The notes under the pieces are model-generated. The model worked only from the letters and a program-made list of their open reading frames with translations, did not search any database and was not told the DNA's origin. Source: an uncultured Bacilli bacterium (GTDB taxonomy: Bacteria > Bacillota_I > Bacilli_A > RF39 > UBA660). From it: a stretch of 34,355 bases of DNA. Positions 1 through 8,512 of the stretch are shown one piece after another (the stretch's first letter is position 1; the number at the start of each line of letters is the position of its first letter). The position numbers were made by a program, and so were the translations under genes. Location of the stretch: the NCBI GenBank assembly GCA_944363995.1, contig CALVVV010000002.1:1-34355 (forward strand), read 5' to 3'.

Positions 1-2
1 TT

Positions 3-890
3 GAAAGTGGCACATCTTCAACTGGAACAGTAAGTTGTACTGATAATATAAGCGGAACAGATGGTACAACATCAAGTGAAACTTGTACAAATGCAAGTAA
101 TGGCAATTGGTATACCCATCCAGCATTTACATTTGGTAGTGATGAATTAGCTGGATTTTGGGTAGGAAAATTTGAAATAAGTGGAAGTACTAGTAAAATA
201 ACAATAAAACCAAATGTAAGTAGTTTAAGAGATCAATCAGTATCCTCATTTTTCACAGCAATCCAAAATATAAATACAACCTATAGTTTAAATGGCGATA
301 GTCATATGATGAAAAATATGGAATGGGGAGCAGTAGCCTATCTATCCCATAGTAAATATGGAATAAATGAAGAAGTAGGAATAAATAATAATGATAGTTA
401 TATAACAGGATGTGGAGCAGCGGCAGAAAGTAGTTCATCAAGTAGTTGTAATGCCTATAATACAACAAGTGGAATGTTAGCTAGTACGACCGGAAATATT
501 TATGGTGTATATGATATGAGTGGAGGAGCCAATGAATATGTAATGGGTAATATGGTAAATAGTAGTGGTGCATTTCATTCAAGTAGAGCTGATTTTAGTA
601 CATCACCCGAATCAAAGTATTATGACAAATATACTTATGGTACATCTTATGAAACGCATGGACGAGGAAAATTAGGCGATGCTACCAAAGAAACATTAAA
701 GACTTTTGGAAACACTGGTGGTGGATGGTATAGTGATTACCCGTACTTTCCGTACTCTAGTCATTCCTGGTTCCTTCGGGGCGGCTTTTGCAACGCTGAT
801 TCGATTGCCGGTTTGTTCTACTTCGGCAACCTTACAGGTAGTAGTAATTCCAACTATTCCGCCCGTGCAGTTGCGTGTGTTCGCGGGTAG
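3..890 (+). CDS. 3' part of a surface/secreted protein with an FGE-sulfatase-like (C-type lectin fold) domain; 5' end lies outside the window
   Basis: The frame of ORF 306..890 stays open back to base 3. FGE/SUMF1-type motifs occur in order: ELAGFWVGKFEIS, MMKNMEWGAVAY, GNIYGVYDMSGGANEYVMGN, and SWFLRGG...GLFYF...SARAVACV at the C-terminus. Confidence 0.6.
   Translation, partial: ESGTSSTGTVSCTDNISGTDGTTSSETCTNASNGNWYTHPAFTFGSDELAGFWVGKFEISGSTSKITIKPNVSSLRDQSVSSFFTAIQNINTTYSLNGDSHMMKNMEWGAVAYLSHSKYGINEEVGINNNDSYITGCGAAAESSSSSSCNAYNTTSGMLASTTGNIYGVYDMSGGANEYVMGNMVNSSGAFHSSRADFSTSPESKYYDKYTYGTSYETHGRGKLGDATKETLKTFGNTGGGWYSDYPYFPYSSHSWFLRGGFCNADSIAGLFYFGNLTGSSNSNYSARAVACVRG
738..887 (+). other. 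Candidate DGR variable region (VR) inside the C-terminal CLec-fold segment
   Basis: Hand counts: 721-890 is about 16% A and 51% GC, against about 37% A and 35% GC for 541-720. About 20 of 50 codons end in C (tac, ttc, tcc, ggc, aac, gcc), against about 10 of 144 upstream codons of the same ORF. Confidence 0.45.
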
Positions 891-982
891 CAAACTTTAG
901 TTACTTTCCTTTTTCTTGAATAACTGAAGTAATAAAAGAAGATAAAATGGTAGAAAATAGAGAAGAAAGACATCGGAGTAAT

Positions 983-1017
983 GCCCGACCTTTCTTCTTT
1001 TTTTTCAAAGGTCGGGC
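983..1017 (+). other. GC-rich hairpin: 11-bp stem GCCCGACCTTT/AAAGGTCGGGC with a 13-nt T-rich loop
   Basis: A perfect inverted repeat is seen directly, about 90 nt after the stop of the lectin-fold gene. No clean T-tract follows it, so a terminator role is uncertain. Confidence 0.4.
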
Positions 1018-1608
1018 TTGGAAATAGTATAGGATACAGAATAGGTATATAAAGTGGTATAGGTAGTGAATATAAAGACACGAACGAAGTGAGTGTTTCG
1101 CCTCACTCGTCCGAAGGTTGAGAGAGGTGGGGTATATTGTGTAAATAAAATGTAAAACACAAATGTTAAAATAGAAAGTCGTAAAAATGTCAAAGTTAAA
1201 AAGTCATAAAATTCTTTAAATTTATCACTCAGACTGTTGACCAATAGGTCTATAAATGATTTATTTATCAATAGTTTGTAATATGCTTTTGTATATTTCT
1301 TAATTCAACAGTTTTTATTTTAACATTTATAAGTTTCCCAATATGATAATTCTTCTAAATTTTGATTACAAATTTTAGAAATGTTTTTTCTACAATTTTA
1401 ATTATAAATCAGATGAAATATCTATCATAGTAGTTATTTTCATTGAATATGTCACATAACTTTGATTTCTTATATCTGTTAATTCTTTAACTAAAATCTC
1501 TTTTTATTTTTCTATTTATACAAATACCACTTTATTATGTAGTAATTATATCAAAAAAACTTTGCGAAGAAAATTTACTCTTTTTTAATGGTATAATTAA
1601 AAAAAATG

Positions 1609-1636
1609 TTCATTTTTATAAACTTTATGATATAAT
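1609..1636 (+). promoter_or_regulatory. Putative rpsB-tsf promoter (TTCATT - 16 nt - TGaTATAAT extended -10)
   Basis: Sequence motif only. A second extended -10 (TGgTATAAT) lies at 1589-1597. Confidence 0.3.
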
Positions 1637-1785
1637 ATTAATGGCTTTTTTAAACCGTTTACATTCGGGGATTGCTATATTAGAAAATGTAAATAAACAC
1701 AGATATGGATTTTTATGCCTAGTGCTTAATAATAAGTGGTGTAATTTTGAAATATCTCGAAGTAATAACAAAAGGAGGAATTGAA

Positions 1786-2778
1786 ATGGCAGTTGTGTCA
1801 ATGGGTTATTTACTTGAAGCCGGTGTTCACTTTGGACATCAAACAAAAAGATGGAATCCTAAAATGAAGGAATACATTTATACTTCTCGTGATGATATTT
1901 ATATTATCGATTTACAAAAAACAGCTAAAAAAATTGATGAGGCTTATACAGCTTTAAAAGAAATTGTTACTAATGGTGGTAAAGTTTTATTTGTAGGTAC
2001 TAGAAAGCAAGCTCAAGAAGCTATAAAAGAAGAAGCAATTAGATCTAATTCTTATTATGTAACAGAAAGATGGTTAGGTGGTACTTTAACTAATTTCAAA
2101 ACTATTCGTAGAAGAATTAGAAGATTAGAAGAAATCGAAAAGATGGAAGCAGATGGTATATTTGATTTATTACCAAAAAAAGAAGTTATTGGTTTAAAGA
2201 AAGAATATGTTAAATTAGATAATTTATTATGTGGTATAAGAGAAATGAATAAATTACCTCAAGCTATTTATATTGTTGATCCTTCTAAAGAAGAAATTGC
2301 TATTAAAGAAGCAAAAAAATTAAATATTCCTGTATTTGGAATCGTTGATACTAATTGTGATCCTGATATGGTTGATTATGTTATCCCTGCTAATGATGAT
2401 GCAATTAGAGCAGTAAAATTAATTACAAGTGTTATGGCAAATGCTATTGTCGAAGCAAATGGTGGCGAAATAATCGATTATACAAATGGTAAAAACAAAG
2501 AGGAAAACGCTGTTGAAGTAATGCAAAAAGCTTTAGAAACTGTTAAACGTAAAGAAGAAAGACCTAAAAAAGAAAATAAACCATTTAAAAAACAATTTAA
2601 TAAAAAAGAAAATAAAAAAGAAGTCAAAGTTGTTGAAAAAGTGGAAACAAAAGAAAATAAAATAGAACAACAATTAGATAATATGACTGTAGCTGAATTA
2701 AGAGAATTAGCAAAAAATAAAGAAGTCAAAGGTTATTCAACAATGAAAAAAGCTGAATTATTAGAAGCTTTAAAATAA
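1786..2778 (+). CDS. rpsB: 30S ribosomal protein S2 with a ~103-aa C-terminal extension
   Basis: [27 protein letters not shown] is the canonical S2 N-terminus. SD AAAGGAGG lies 6 nt upstream of ATG 1786. The track start at 1747 is an upstream extension. The extension is Lys/Glu-rich and ends in an HeH/Rho_N-like motif. Confidence 0.93.
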   Translation: MAVVSMGYLLEAGVHFGHQTKRWNPKMKEYIYTSRDDIYIIDLQKTAKKIDEAYTALKEIVTNGGKVLFVGTRKQAQEAIKEEAIRSNSYYVTERWLGGTLTNFKTIRRRIRRLEEIEKMEADGIFDLLPKKEVIGLKKEYVKLDNLLCGIREMNKLPQAIYIVDPSKEEIAIKEAKKLNIPVFGIVDTNCDPDMVDYVIPANDDAIRAVKLITSVMANAIVEANGGEIIDYTNGKNKEENAVEVMQKALETVKRKEERPKKENKPFKKQFNKKENKKEVKVVEKVETKENKIEQQLDNMTVAELRELAKNKEVKGYSTMKKAELLEALK

Positions 2779-2790
2779 GGAGAGATTGTA

Positions 2791-3663
2791 ATGATAAGTG
2801 CTAGTTTAGTAAAAGAATTAAGAGAAGTAACTGGTGCTGGTATGCTTGATTGTAAAAAAGCCTTAGAAGCCACAAATGGTTCTATAGATGAAGCTATCAA
2901 CTGGTTAAGAGAAAAAGGAATTAGTAAAGCAGCTAAAAAAGCTGATAGAATTGCTGCTGAAGGTTTAGCTGCAACATTAATAGATGGCAATAATGCAGTT
3001 ATTATTGAAGTAAACTCTGAAACTGATTTTGTTGCAAAAAATGAAGAATTTAAAGAATTGGTTAATACAATTTTAAAAGCTATTGTTAATAATGATGTTA
3101 AAACAAATGAAGATGTGCTACAACTAAATGTTAATGGTGAAACTATTGAAGAAATTATTGTTAACAAAACGGCTAAAATTGGTGAAAAATTATCATTTAG
3201 AAGATTTGCAAAGTTGACTAAAAAAGATAATCAAGTTTTTGGTTCATATCTTCATATGGGAGGAAAAATTGCTGTTTTAGTAGTTTTATCTAACACAAAT
3301 GAAGAAGTTGCTAAAGATATAGCTATGCATGCTGCTGCAATGCGTCCTAGCGTTATAAGACGCGCAGATTTAGCTAAAGAAGTAGTCGACAAAGAAAGAG
3401 AAATTCTAAAGGAACAAGCAATGAATGAAGGAAAGCCTGCCGAGATAGCCGAAAAAATGGTTGAAGGTAGACTATTAAAATTTTATCAAGAATCTTGTTT
3501 AGAAGAACAAAGTTTTGTAAAAGATGATAGTATCAATGTTTTGAATTATGTTAAAAATAATGGTGGTACTATTGATAATATGGTTAGATTCGAAGTTGGC
3601 GAAGGAATGGAAAAAAGAGAAGATGATTTCGCTAGCGAAGTTGCAAAACAAATAGGAGCATAA
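2791..3663 (+). CDS. tsf: Elongation factor Ts
   Basis: The N-terminal UBA-like motif LVKELREVTGAGMLDCKKAL is present. SD is AAGGAGAG. The rpsB-tsf gene order is conserved. Confidence 0.93.
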   Translation: MISASLVKELREVTGAGMLDCKKALEATNGSIDEAINWLREKGISKAAKKADRIAAEGLAATLIDGNNAVIIEVNSETDFVAKNEEFKELVNTILKAIVNNDVKTNEDVLQLNVNGETIEEIIVNKTAKIGEKLSFRRFAKLTKKDNQVFGSYLHMGGKIAVLVVLSNTNEEVAKDIAMHAAAMRPSVIRRADLAKEVVDKEREILKEQAMNEGKPAEIAEKMVEGRLLKFYQESCLEEQSFVKDDSINVLNYVKNNGGTIDNMVRFEVGEGMEKREDDFASEVAKQIGA

Positions 3664-3677
3664 GCTCCTTTTATTTT
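3654..3677 (+). terminator. tsf rho-independent terminator
   Basis: AGGAGC-ataa-GCTCCT stem-loop with the TAA stop in the loop, followed by TTTTATTTT. Confidence 0.55.
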
Positions 3678-3712
3678 GAATTTAAGTGATTTAAAAGGAT
3701 TTAGTTAAATTT

Positions 3713-3740
3713 AAAAATTCACTTTAATTAGTGAATTTTT
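3713..3740. terminator. Bidirectional hairpin at the tsf/dac convergence
   Basis: AAAAATTCACT / AGTGAATTTTT inverted repeat with an A-run before and a T-run after. It contains the dac stop codon. Confidence 0.5.
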
Positions 3741-4914
3741 TATGTTTTGTCATTACTAAAATTGTACTGAATAAAATAATGGCTATTGGAATTATAATAA
3801 TTAGATTATTAATGAAAAATTGCATAAACGAAAATGATAATCCACCATCATAAATTATTGGAATTGTTACCAATATTTCATTATCTAATGTAATATTTAA
3901 TGTTCCTATTTGACCTTTATCAGTAAAATAATCTACCTCTTTTAATCCATCATAATCATATGTTAAATTATTTTTAGAAATGTTTTTATTTAAGTATTTA
4001 GAAATTGTTTCGTTAGCTTTAATTTCTAATTTATCTTGTTTGCTATTTTTAGTTTCTAAAGTTAATAATATATCATTTTTATTTACAATATCTAAATAAT
4101 GATAGTTATTTATATAATAATCATATATCATATTAGCGTCCATGATATGTAAAGGATAATTGCTCTTTCCATCAGCATTAGTAGTTATTAATAAATATTC
4201 TATGCCATCGTAATTTGCTATAGTTGATAAACAATAACCTGCTAAAGTGGTATAGCCAGTTTTTGAACCATAAATATATTTATTTTCTAAATTATAATTA
4301 TTTAAATAATTCGAATAAACACTTTTGAAAGTTAATGAATTATCACTAGTTGTATAGCTATTAGTTGTATATATTTCTTTAAATAATGGATTTTGTAGAG
4401 CATATTTTAAAATAATACTTAGTTCTCTTACCGTGGAATAATGATTATCTGTATCAAGTCCTGATGTATTAGCAAAATGGGTATTAGTTAAACCCAAATC
4501 TGAAGCTTTTTTGTTCATTAATTGTACAAAATTATCTTCATTGCCTGATATATAATAGGCAATTGTTCTAGTTGCATCTGCTCCTGAAGGTAAAAGTATC
4601 CCATATAGCAAATCTTTATAAGTTACTTTTTGACCTAATTTAAAACCAGCTACTGATGCATTTGCTTCAATTAATCCATCTAAAGCTTCAGATGGAACAG
4701 TTACCACTTCATTTATATCATCAATATTTTCAATAGCTACTATAGTGGTCATAATTTTAGTTAAACTAGCTATATATGTTTTAGTATCCGCATCTTTTTC
4801 ATATATAACTAGGTCATCGTTCATATTGTATAAAATAGCATTTTTAGAATTAATTTCTAAAGCATTGATATTAAATGGTATTAATAAAAATAAAAAAAAT
4901 ATTAAATACTTCAT
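3724..4914 (-). CDS. dacB: Serine-type D-Ala-D-Ala carboxypeptidase (PBP5/S11 family) with signal peptide and C-terminal TM anchor
   Basis: SxxK (ASLTK), SGA(D) and KTG (SKTGYT) motifs occur in the right order. SD GGAGGAATT is present. The ATGA overlap with the upstream yigZ stop suggests coupling. The paralogue assignment is tentative. Confidence 0.8.
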   Translation of the reverse strand: MKYLIFFLFLLIPFNINALEINSKNAILYNMNDDLVIYEKDADTKTYIASLTKIMTTIVAIENIDDINEVVTVPSEALDGLIEANASVAGFKLGQKVTYKDLLYGILLPSGADATRTIAYYISGNEDNFVQLMNKKASDLGLTNTHFANTSGLDTDNHYSTVRELSIILKYALQNPLFKEIYTTNSYTTSDNSLTFKSVYSNYLNNYNLENKYIYGSKTGYTTLAGYCLSTIANYDGIEYLLITTNADGKSNYPLHIMDANMIYDYYINNYHYLDIVNKNDILLTLETKNSKQDKLEIKANETISKYLNKNISKNNLTYDYDGLKEVDYFTDKGQIGTLNITLDNEILVTIPIIYDGGLSFSFMQFFINNLIIIIPIAIILFSTILVMTKHKKFTN

Positions 4915-5471
4915 AATTCCTCCATATATATTTTTTCAATAATTTCATATTTGTAATTTAATTTAGTTAAATTTTCTTTTTTAACTTTAACAAGATAATA
5001 AGGCTTTTCATCAAAATTTTTTTGGATTATAATGCTATTGTTTAATTGATATTCAAGTTGTTTAATATCATTATAATTAACATTTATTTTTATTAGATAT
5101 CCTTCATTGAATTTTCTTTTGATAATTGCTTCTTTTGTAGCATTACTATAAGCTCTAATTAGTCCACTAGCTCCTAATTTAATACCACCAAAATATCTTA
5201 CTACGATACATAAGACGTGGTTTAGATTTTCTTTTTTTAAAACATTTAAAATAGGAAGACCTGCAGTACCGGATGGTTCACCATCATCACTTGCTTTTTC
5301 ACTATTATCTAAAATATATGCATAGCAATAATGTGTAGCATCTTTATATTCTTTTTTTACTTTATCTAATAAATTATTTATTTCATTTAGATTATCAAGA
5401 TGATAAGTTAAAGCAATAAATTTTGATTTATTAATGATAATTGTATTTATATTATCTATTACTGAAATCAT
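4911..5471 (-). CDS. yigZ: YigZ / IMPACT-family (UPF0029) protein
   Basis: The HYCYAY...SDDGEPSGTAGLPILNVL and VVRYFGGIKLGASGLIRAY motifs are typical of the family. Confidence 0.8.
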   Translation of the reverse strand: MISVIDNINTIIINKSKFIALTYHLDNLNEINNLLDKVKKEYKDATHYCYAYILDNSEKASDDGEPSGTAGLPILNVLKKENLNHVLCIVVRYFGGIKLGASGLIRAYSNATKEAIIKRKFNEGYLIKINVNYNDIKQLEYQLNNSIIIQKNFDEKPYYLVKVKKENLTKLNYKYEIIEKIYMEEL

Positions 5472-5536
5472 TTAATCACCAATTTAATTATATCTTATTA
5501 TTTAAAATAAGTCTAGAATGTGCTAAAATAGAAAGT

Positions 5537-6307
5537 ATGAAAAAGTTTAAAAAAATATATATTGAAATAACTAATATTTGTAATTTAAATTGTCCTTTTT
5601 GTTCTTTAGATAATCGTAAAAAACGAGAAATGAATTTAACTAATTTTGAGCATATTTTAAAACAAATAGATAATTATACTGATTATCTATATTTACACAT
5701 TAAAGGAGAACCTTTATTACATTCTAAATTAAAAGAAATTTTAGATTTATGTTTTAAATATAATAAACAAGTTAATATTACAACTAATGGAACTTTGTTA
5801 AATGAAAAATACAAATTGTTAGATAAAGTTAGACAAATTAATATATCATTACATAGTTTAAACGAAGAAAGATTAGAAAATGTTTTAAAATGTGGTGATT
5901 ATTTAAGTAGTAAAGGAATACAAATTGTTTACAGATTCTGGACAAATGATAATTTATTAAATCAAGTCTTGAAATATTATAATTATCAAGATAAGATAAC
6001 TAATAATTTTAAATTAAAAAATAATATATATTTAAATAGAGATAAGAAATTTACTTGGCCTAGCTTAAATAATAAGTTTATCTCTGATAAAGGAACTTGT
6101 TATGGTTTAAAAACTCATTTAGGTATACTAGTAGATGGAACTGTTGTTCCTTGTTGTTTAGATACGGGAATAATTAATTTAGGCAATGTATTAAAAGAAA
6201 ATTTTGTTGATATATTAAATAAAGAACGAACTAAAAATATGATAACTAATTTTAATAATAATAAATTAGTAGAAGAATTATGTCAAAAATGTGATTTTAG
6301 GAAGTGA
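5537..6307 (+). CDS. Radical SAM protein with a SPASM-like Cys-rich C-terminus
   Basis: CNLNCPFC (CxxxCxxC) lies near the N-terminus of MKKFKKIYIEITN. C-terminal cysteines are C..VVPCC...CQKC. The track start at 5441 is a non-coding extension. The extended -10 TGcTAAAAT at 5521-5529 would give an almost leaderless mRNA. Confidence 0.75.
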   Translation: MKKFKKIYIEITNICNLNCPFCSLDNRKKREMNLTNFEHILKQIDNYTDYLYLHIKGEPLLHSKLKEILDLCFKYNKQVNITTNGTLLNEKYKLLDKVRQINISLHSLNEERLENVLKCGDYLSSKGIQIVYRFWTNDNLLNQVLKYYNYQDKITNNFKLKNNIYLNRDKKFTWPSLNNKFISDKGTCYGLKTHLGILVDGTVVPCCLDTGIINLGNVLKENFVDILNKERTKNMITNFNNNKLVEELCQKCDFRK

Positions 6308-6311
6308 TAGA

Positions 6312-8072
6312 ATGATTAAAGAAAAATTATCTTTAGTACCTCAAAAACCGGGGTGCTATTTAATGAAAAATAAAGATAATAATATTATTTATGTTGGTAA
6401 AGCAAAAAAATTAAAAAATAGATTAAGTTCTTATTTTAGAGGGACTCATTTTGGGAAAACTGCTAAATTAGTAAGTGAAATAAAAGATTTTGATTATGTT
6501 GTTGTTAATAGTGAAATGGAAGCTTTAATTTTAGAAAATAACTTAATTAAACAATATAATCCAAAATACAATATATTATTACGTGATGATAAAAGTTATC
6601 CTTATATTGAATTAACAAATGATAAAGTACCTCGATTATCGATCGTAAGAAGTATTAATAGAAAAAAGAATACTAATCATTTATATGGACCTTATCCTAA
6701 TGTTACAGCAGCAAGAAATACTGTTAATTTATTAAATAGAATTTATCCTTTAAGAAAATGTACAACTTATAATAAGAAACCTTGTTTGTATTACCACATT
6801 AATCAATGTTTAGGTTATTGTACTAATGATGTTGATATAAATAAAATAAACGAAATGAAAAATGAAATAGTTAAATTTTTAAAAGGTGATCATAGTATTG
6901 TATCTAATAAAATCAAAGAAGAAATGTTAAAAGAAAGTGAATTAATGCATTATGAAAAAGCTAAAGAATTAAAAGAACTATTAGATTATATTGAACTTGT
7001 TTTAACAAAACAACAAGTTGAAATGGGGGATAATGTTGATCGTGATGTCTTTGGATATTATACCGATAAAGGCTATTTATCAATCGAAGTATTTTTTATA
7101 AGAGGATCAAAATTAATTGGAAAACATTCTAAAATATTTCCTTTAATTGATGAAGTAGATGATACTTTAAATAGTTATATATCTAAGTTTTATGATAAAG
7201 ATATAATAAAACCAAAAGAAATATTAGTAACTGCTAATATCGATACTAACTTATTAAGTGAATATTTAAATATAAAAGTATTTAATCCAATTAAAGGTGA
7301 TAAGAAAAAAATAGTCGATATGGCTTGTAATAATGCGAAAATATTATTAAATGAAAAATTTGAACTAATTAAAAAAGATGAAGAAAAGACAAGTATAGCA
7401 AATGAAGAATTAAAAAATATTTTAAAACTAGATAAATTAGATCGAATAGAAATATTTGATAATTCTAATTTGTTTGGTAATTTTAATGTATCTGGTATGG
7501 TTGTTTATATCGATGGTAAAGAAGCAAAAAATGAATATCGTAAATATAAAATAACAATGGATAAAAATGATGATTATGGAACAATGAGAGAAGTTATTTA
7601 TCGTAGATATTTTCGAGTATTAAAAGATAATTTAGATAGACCAGATTTAATAATTGTTGATGGGGGAATAGGACAGATTAATATTGCTCGTGAAATATTA
7701 AATCAATTAAATTTAAATATCATGGTGGTAGGTCTTAAAAAAGATGACAAACATACAACTAATAAATTACTAGCATTCAATCCAATAATCGAAATAGACA
7801 TCGATAAAAAATCTAATTTATTTCATTATTTAGAAAGAATGCAAGATGAAGTTCATAATTACACAATTAATTATCACAAGCAATTAAGAAGTAAAGGAAG
7901 TTTAGAAAGCATATTAAGTAATATCGAAGGAATAGGAGAGAAAAGAAGAACTTTATTATTAAAAAAATATAAAAGTTTAAATAAATTAAAAGAATTAAGT
8001 TTAGAAGAATTAGAAAGTATTTTACCAAAAGATGTTGCTTTTAATTTACACGAATATTTAAAAGAGTTATAA
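6312..8072 (+). CDS. uvrC: Excinuclease ABC subunit C
   Basis: GIY-YIG N-terminus (PGCYLMKN...IIYVGKAKKLKNRLSSYF), a UvrBC motif region and a C-terminal (HhH)2. SD AGGAAGTGA lies before ATG 6312. Confidence 0.92.
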   Translation: MIKEKLSLVPQKPGCYLMKNKDNNIIYVGKAKKLKNRLSSYFRGTHFGKTAKLVSEIKDFDYVVVNSEMEALILENNLIKQYNPKYNILLRDDKSYPYIELTNDKVPRLSIVRSINRKKNTNHLYGPYPNVTAARNTVNLLNRIYPLRKCTTYNKKPCLYYHINQCLGYCTNDVDINKINEMKNEIVKFLKGDHSIVSNKIKEEMLKESELMHYEKAKELKELLDYIELVLTKQQVEMGDNVDRDVFGYYTDKGYLSIEVFFIRGSKLIGKHSKIFPLIDEVDDTLNSYISKFYDKDIIKPKEILVTANIDTNLLSEYLNIKVFNPIKGDKKKIVDMACNNAKILLNEKFELIKKDEEKTSIANEELKNILKLDKLDRIEIFDNSNLFGNFNVSGMVVYIDGKEAKNEYRKYKITMDKNDDYGTMREVIYRRYFRVLKDNLDRPDLIIVDGGIGQINIAREILNQLNLNIMVVGLKKDDKHTTNKLLAFNPIIEIDIDKKSNLFHYLERMQDEVHNYTINYHKQLRSKGSLESILSNIEGIGEKRRTLLLKKYKSLNKLKELSLEELESILPKDVAFNLHEYLKEL

Positions 8073-8073
8073 T
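8045..8073 (+). promoter_or_regulatory. Promoter of tRNA-Arg(CCG), embedded in the uvrC 3' end (TTTACA - 17 nt - TATAAT)
   Basis: Near-consensus hexamers. The predicted TSS lies 1-3 nt before the mature tRNA 5' end. Confidence 0.45.
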
Positions 8074-8081
8074 AATGGTAT

Positions 8082-8157
8082 GTCCACGTAGTTCAATGGA
8101 TAGAATATTCCTCTCCGAAGGGAATGATTATAGGTTCAACTCCTAACGTGGACGCCA
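8082..8157 (+). tRNA. tRNA-Arg (anticodon CCG), CCA encoded
   Basis: Hand-folded cloverleaf: acceptor GTCCACG/CGTGGAC, anticodon loop CTCCGAA, T-loop TTCAACT. There is one mismatch at the first T-stem pair. Confidence 0.85.
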
Positions 8158-8169
8158 TTTATTAATTAG

Positions 8170-8189
8170 ACCTTATTTATAAGGTTTTT
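8170..8189 (+). terminator. Terminator after tRNA-Arg(CCG)
   Basis: ACCTTA-ttta-TAAGGT hairpin followed by TTTTTATTT. Confidence 0.55.
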
Positions 8190-8211
8190 ATTTGAATATA
8201 TTTGTAACTTA

Positions 8212-8240
8212 TTGACTACCAAATTGAATTATTATATAAT
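8212..8240 (+). promoter_or_regulatory. Promoter of the XRE/Bro-N operon (TTGACT - 17 nt - TATAAT)
   Basis: Near-consensus sigma-A motif. The TSS is predicted at about 8247, right at the first candidate start codons. Confidence 0.5.
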
Positions 8241-8248
8241 TACATAAG

Positions 8249-8512
8249 GTGATATCATTGAATAAAATTATAGATGAAAAAAGAATTATGGAATTAGAGT
8301 ATAATTTGATATGTGAATTTATAAAATTAAGAAATGACTTAGGAATTAGTCAGCAACAAATGGCTAATGTTTCTGGTGTTGTAAGAGAAATGATAGCAGT
8401 TATTGAAAATAGAAAAAAGCATCCACAAATAAATACATTAATTAAAATATTAGAACCTTTTGGTTATACTTTATCAATTACAAAAATAAGGGAGGAAATA
8501 GATGAAAAATAA
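8249..8512 (+). CDS. XRE-family helix-turn-helix transcriptional regulator
   Basis: LRNDLGISQQQMANVSGVVREMIAVIENRKKHPQINTLIKILEPFGYTL is a typical Cro/C1 HTH. The start is uncertain among GTG 8249, TTG 8258 (5 nt after AAGGTGA) and ATG 8288. Confidence 0.8.
   Translation: MISLNKIIDEKRIMELEYNLICEFIKLRNDLGISQQQMANVSGVVREMIAVIENRKKHPQINTLIKILEPFGYTLSITKIREEIDEK

Noticed and set aside
854-1271. Minus-strand ORFs 854..1081 (75 aa) and 1005..1271 (88 aa) from the track.
   Set aside because: They have no SD, their translations are low-complexity and composition-driven, and they run through hairpin and repeat sequence. They are most likely non-coding.
891-1300. Searched for a DGR template repeat (a copy of 735-890 differing only at adenines) just downstream of the candidate VR, and for Avd or RT ORFs.
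   Set aside because: A-free VR stretches such as TTCCTTCGGGGCGGCTTTTGC have no second copy anywhere I could find in the window. No ORF of suitable size exists in 891-1785. The DGR call therefore rests on VR-side evidence only.
1747-1785. Upstream ORF-track starts for rpsB (1747), the radical SAM gene (5441), uvrC (6291), the deacetylase (28745) and galU (33382).
   Set aside because: Internal starts with strong SD sequences reproduce the canonical protein N-termini. The extensions lack an SD and encode implausible peptides.
2478-3167. Antisense ORFs inside rpsB and tsf (2478..2729, 2733..3167). Similar shadow ORFs lie at 253..468, 696..893, 706..900, 1625..1846, 4745..4942, 9970..10263, 14090..14311, 19474..19728 and 33903..34241.
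   Set aside because: Each lies entirely within or opposite a well-supported gene, or in an alternative frame of one. They have Ser/Leu/Phe-rich translations typical of antisense frames and no SD.
5472-6307. Radical SAM/SPASM gene as the core of a RiPP cluster.
   Set aside because: No plausible precursor peptide ORF, transporter or protease lies adjacent. The gene is flanked by yigZ and abuts uvrC (4-nt gap), which suggests a housekeeping or unknown maturase role instead.
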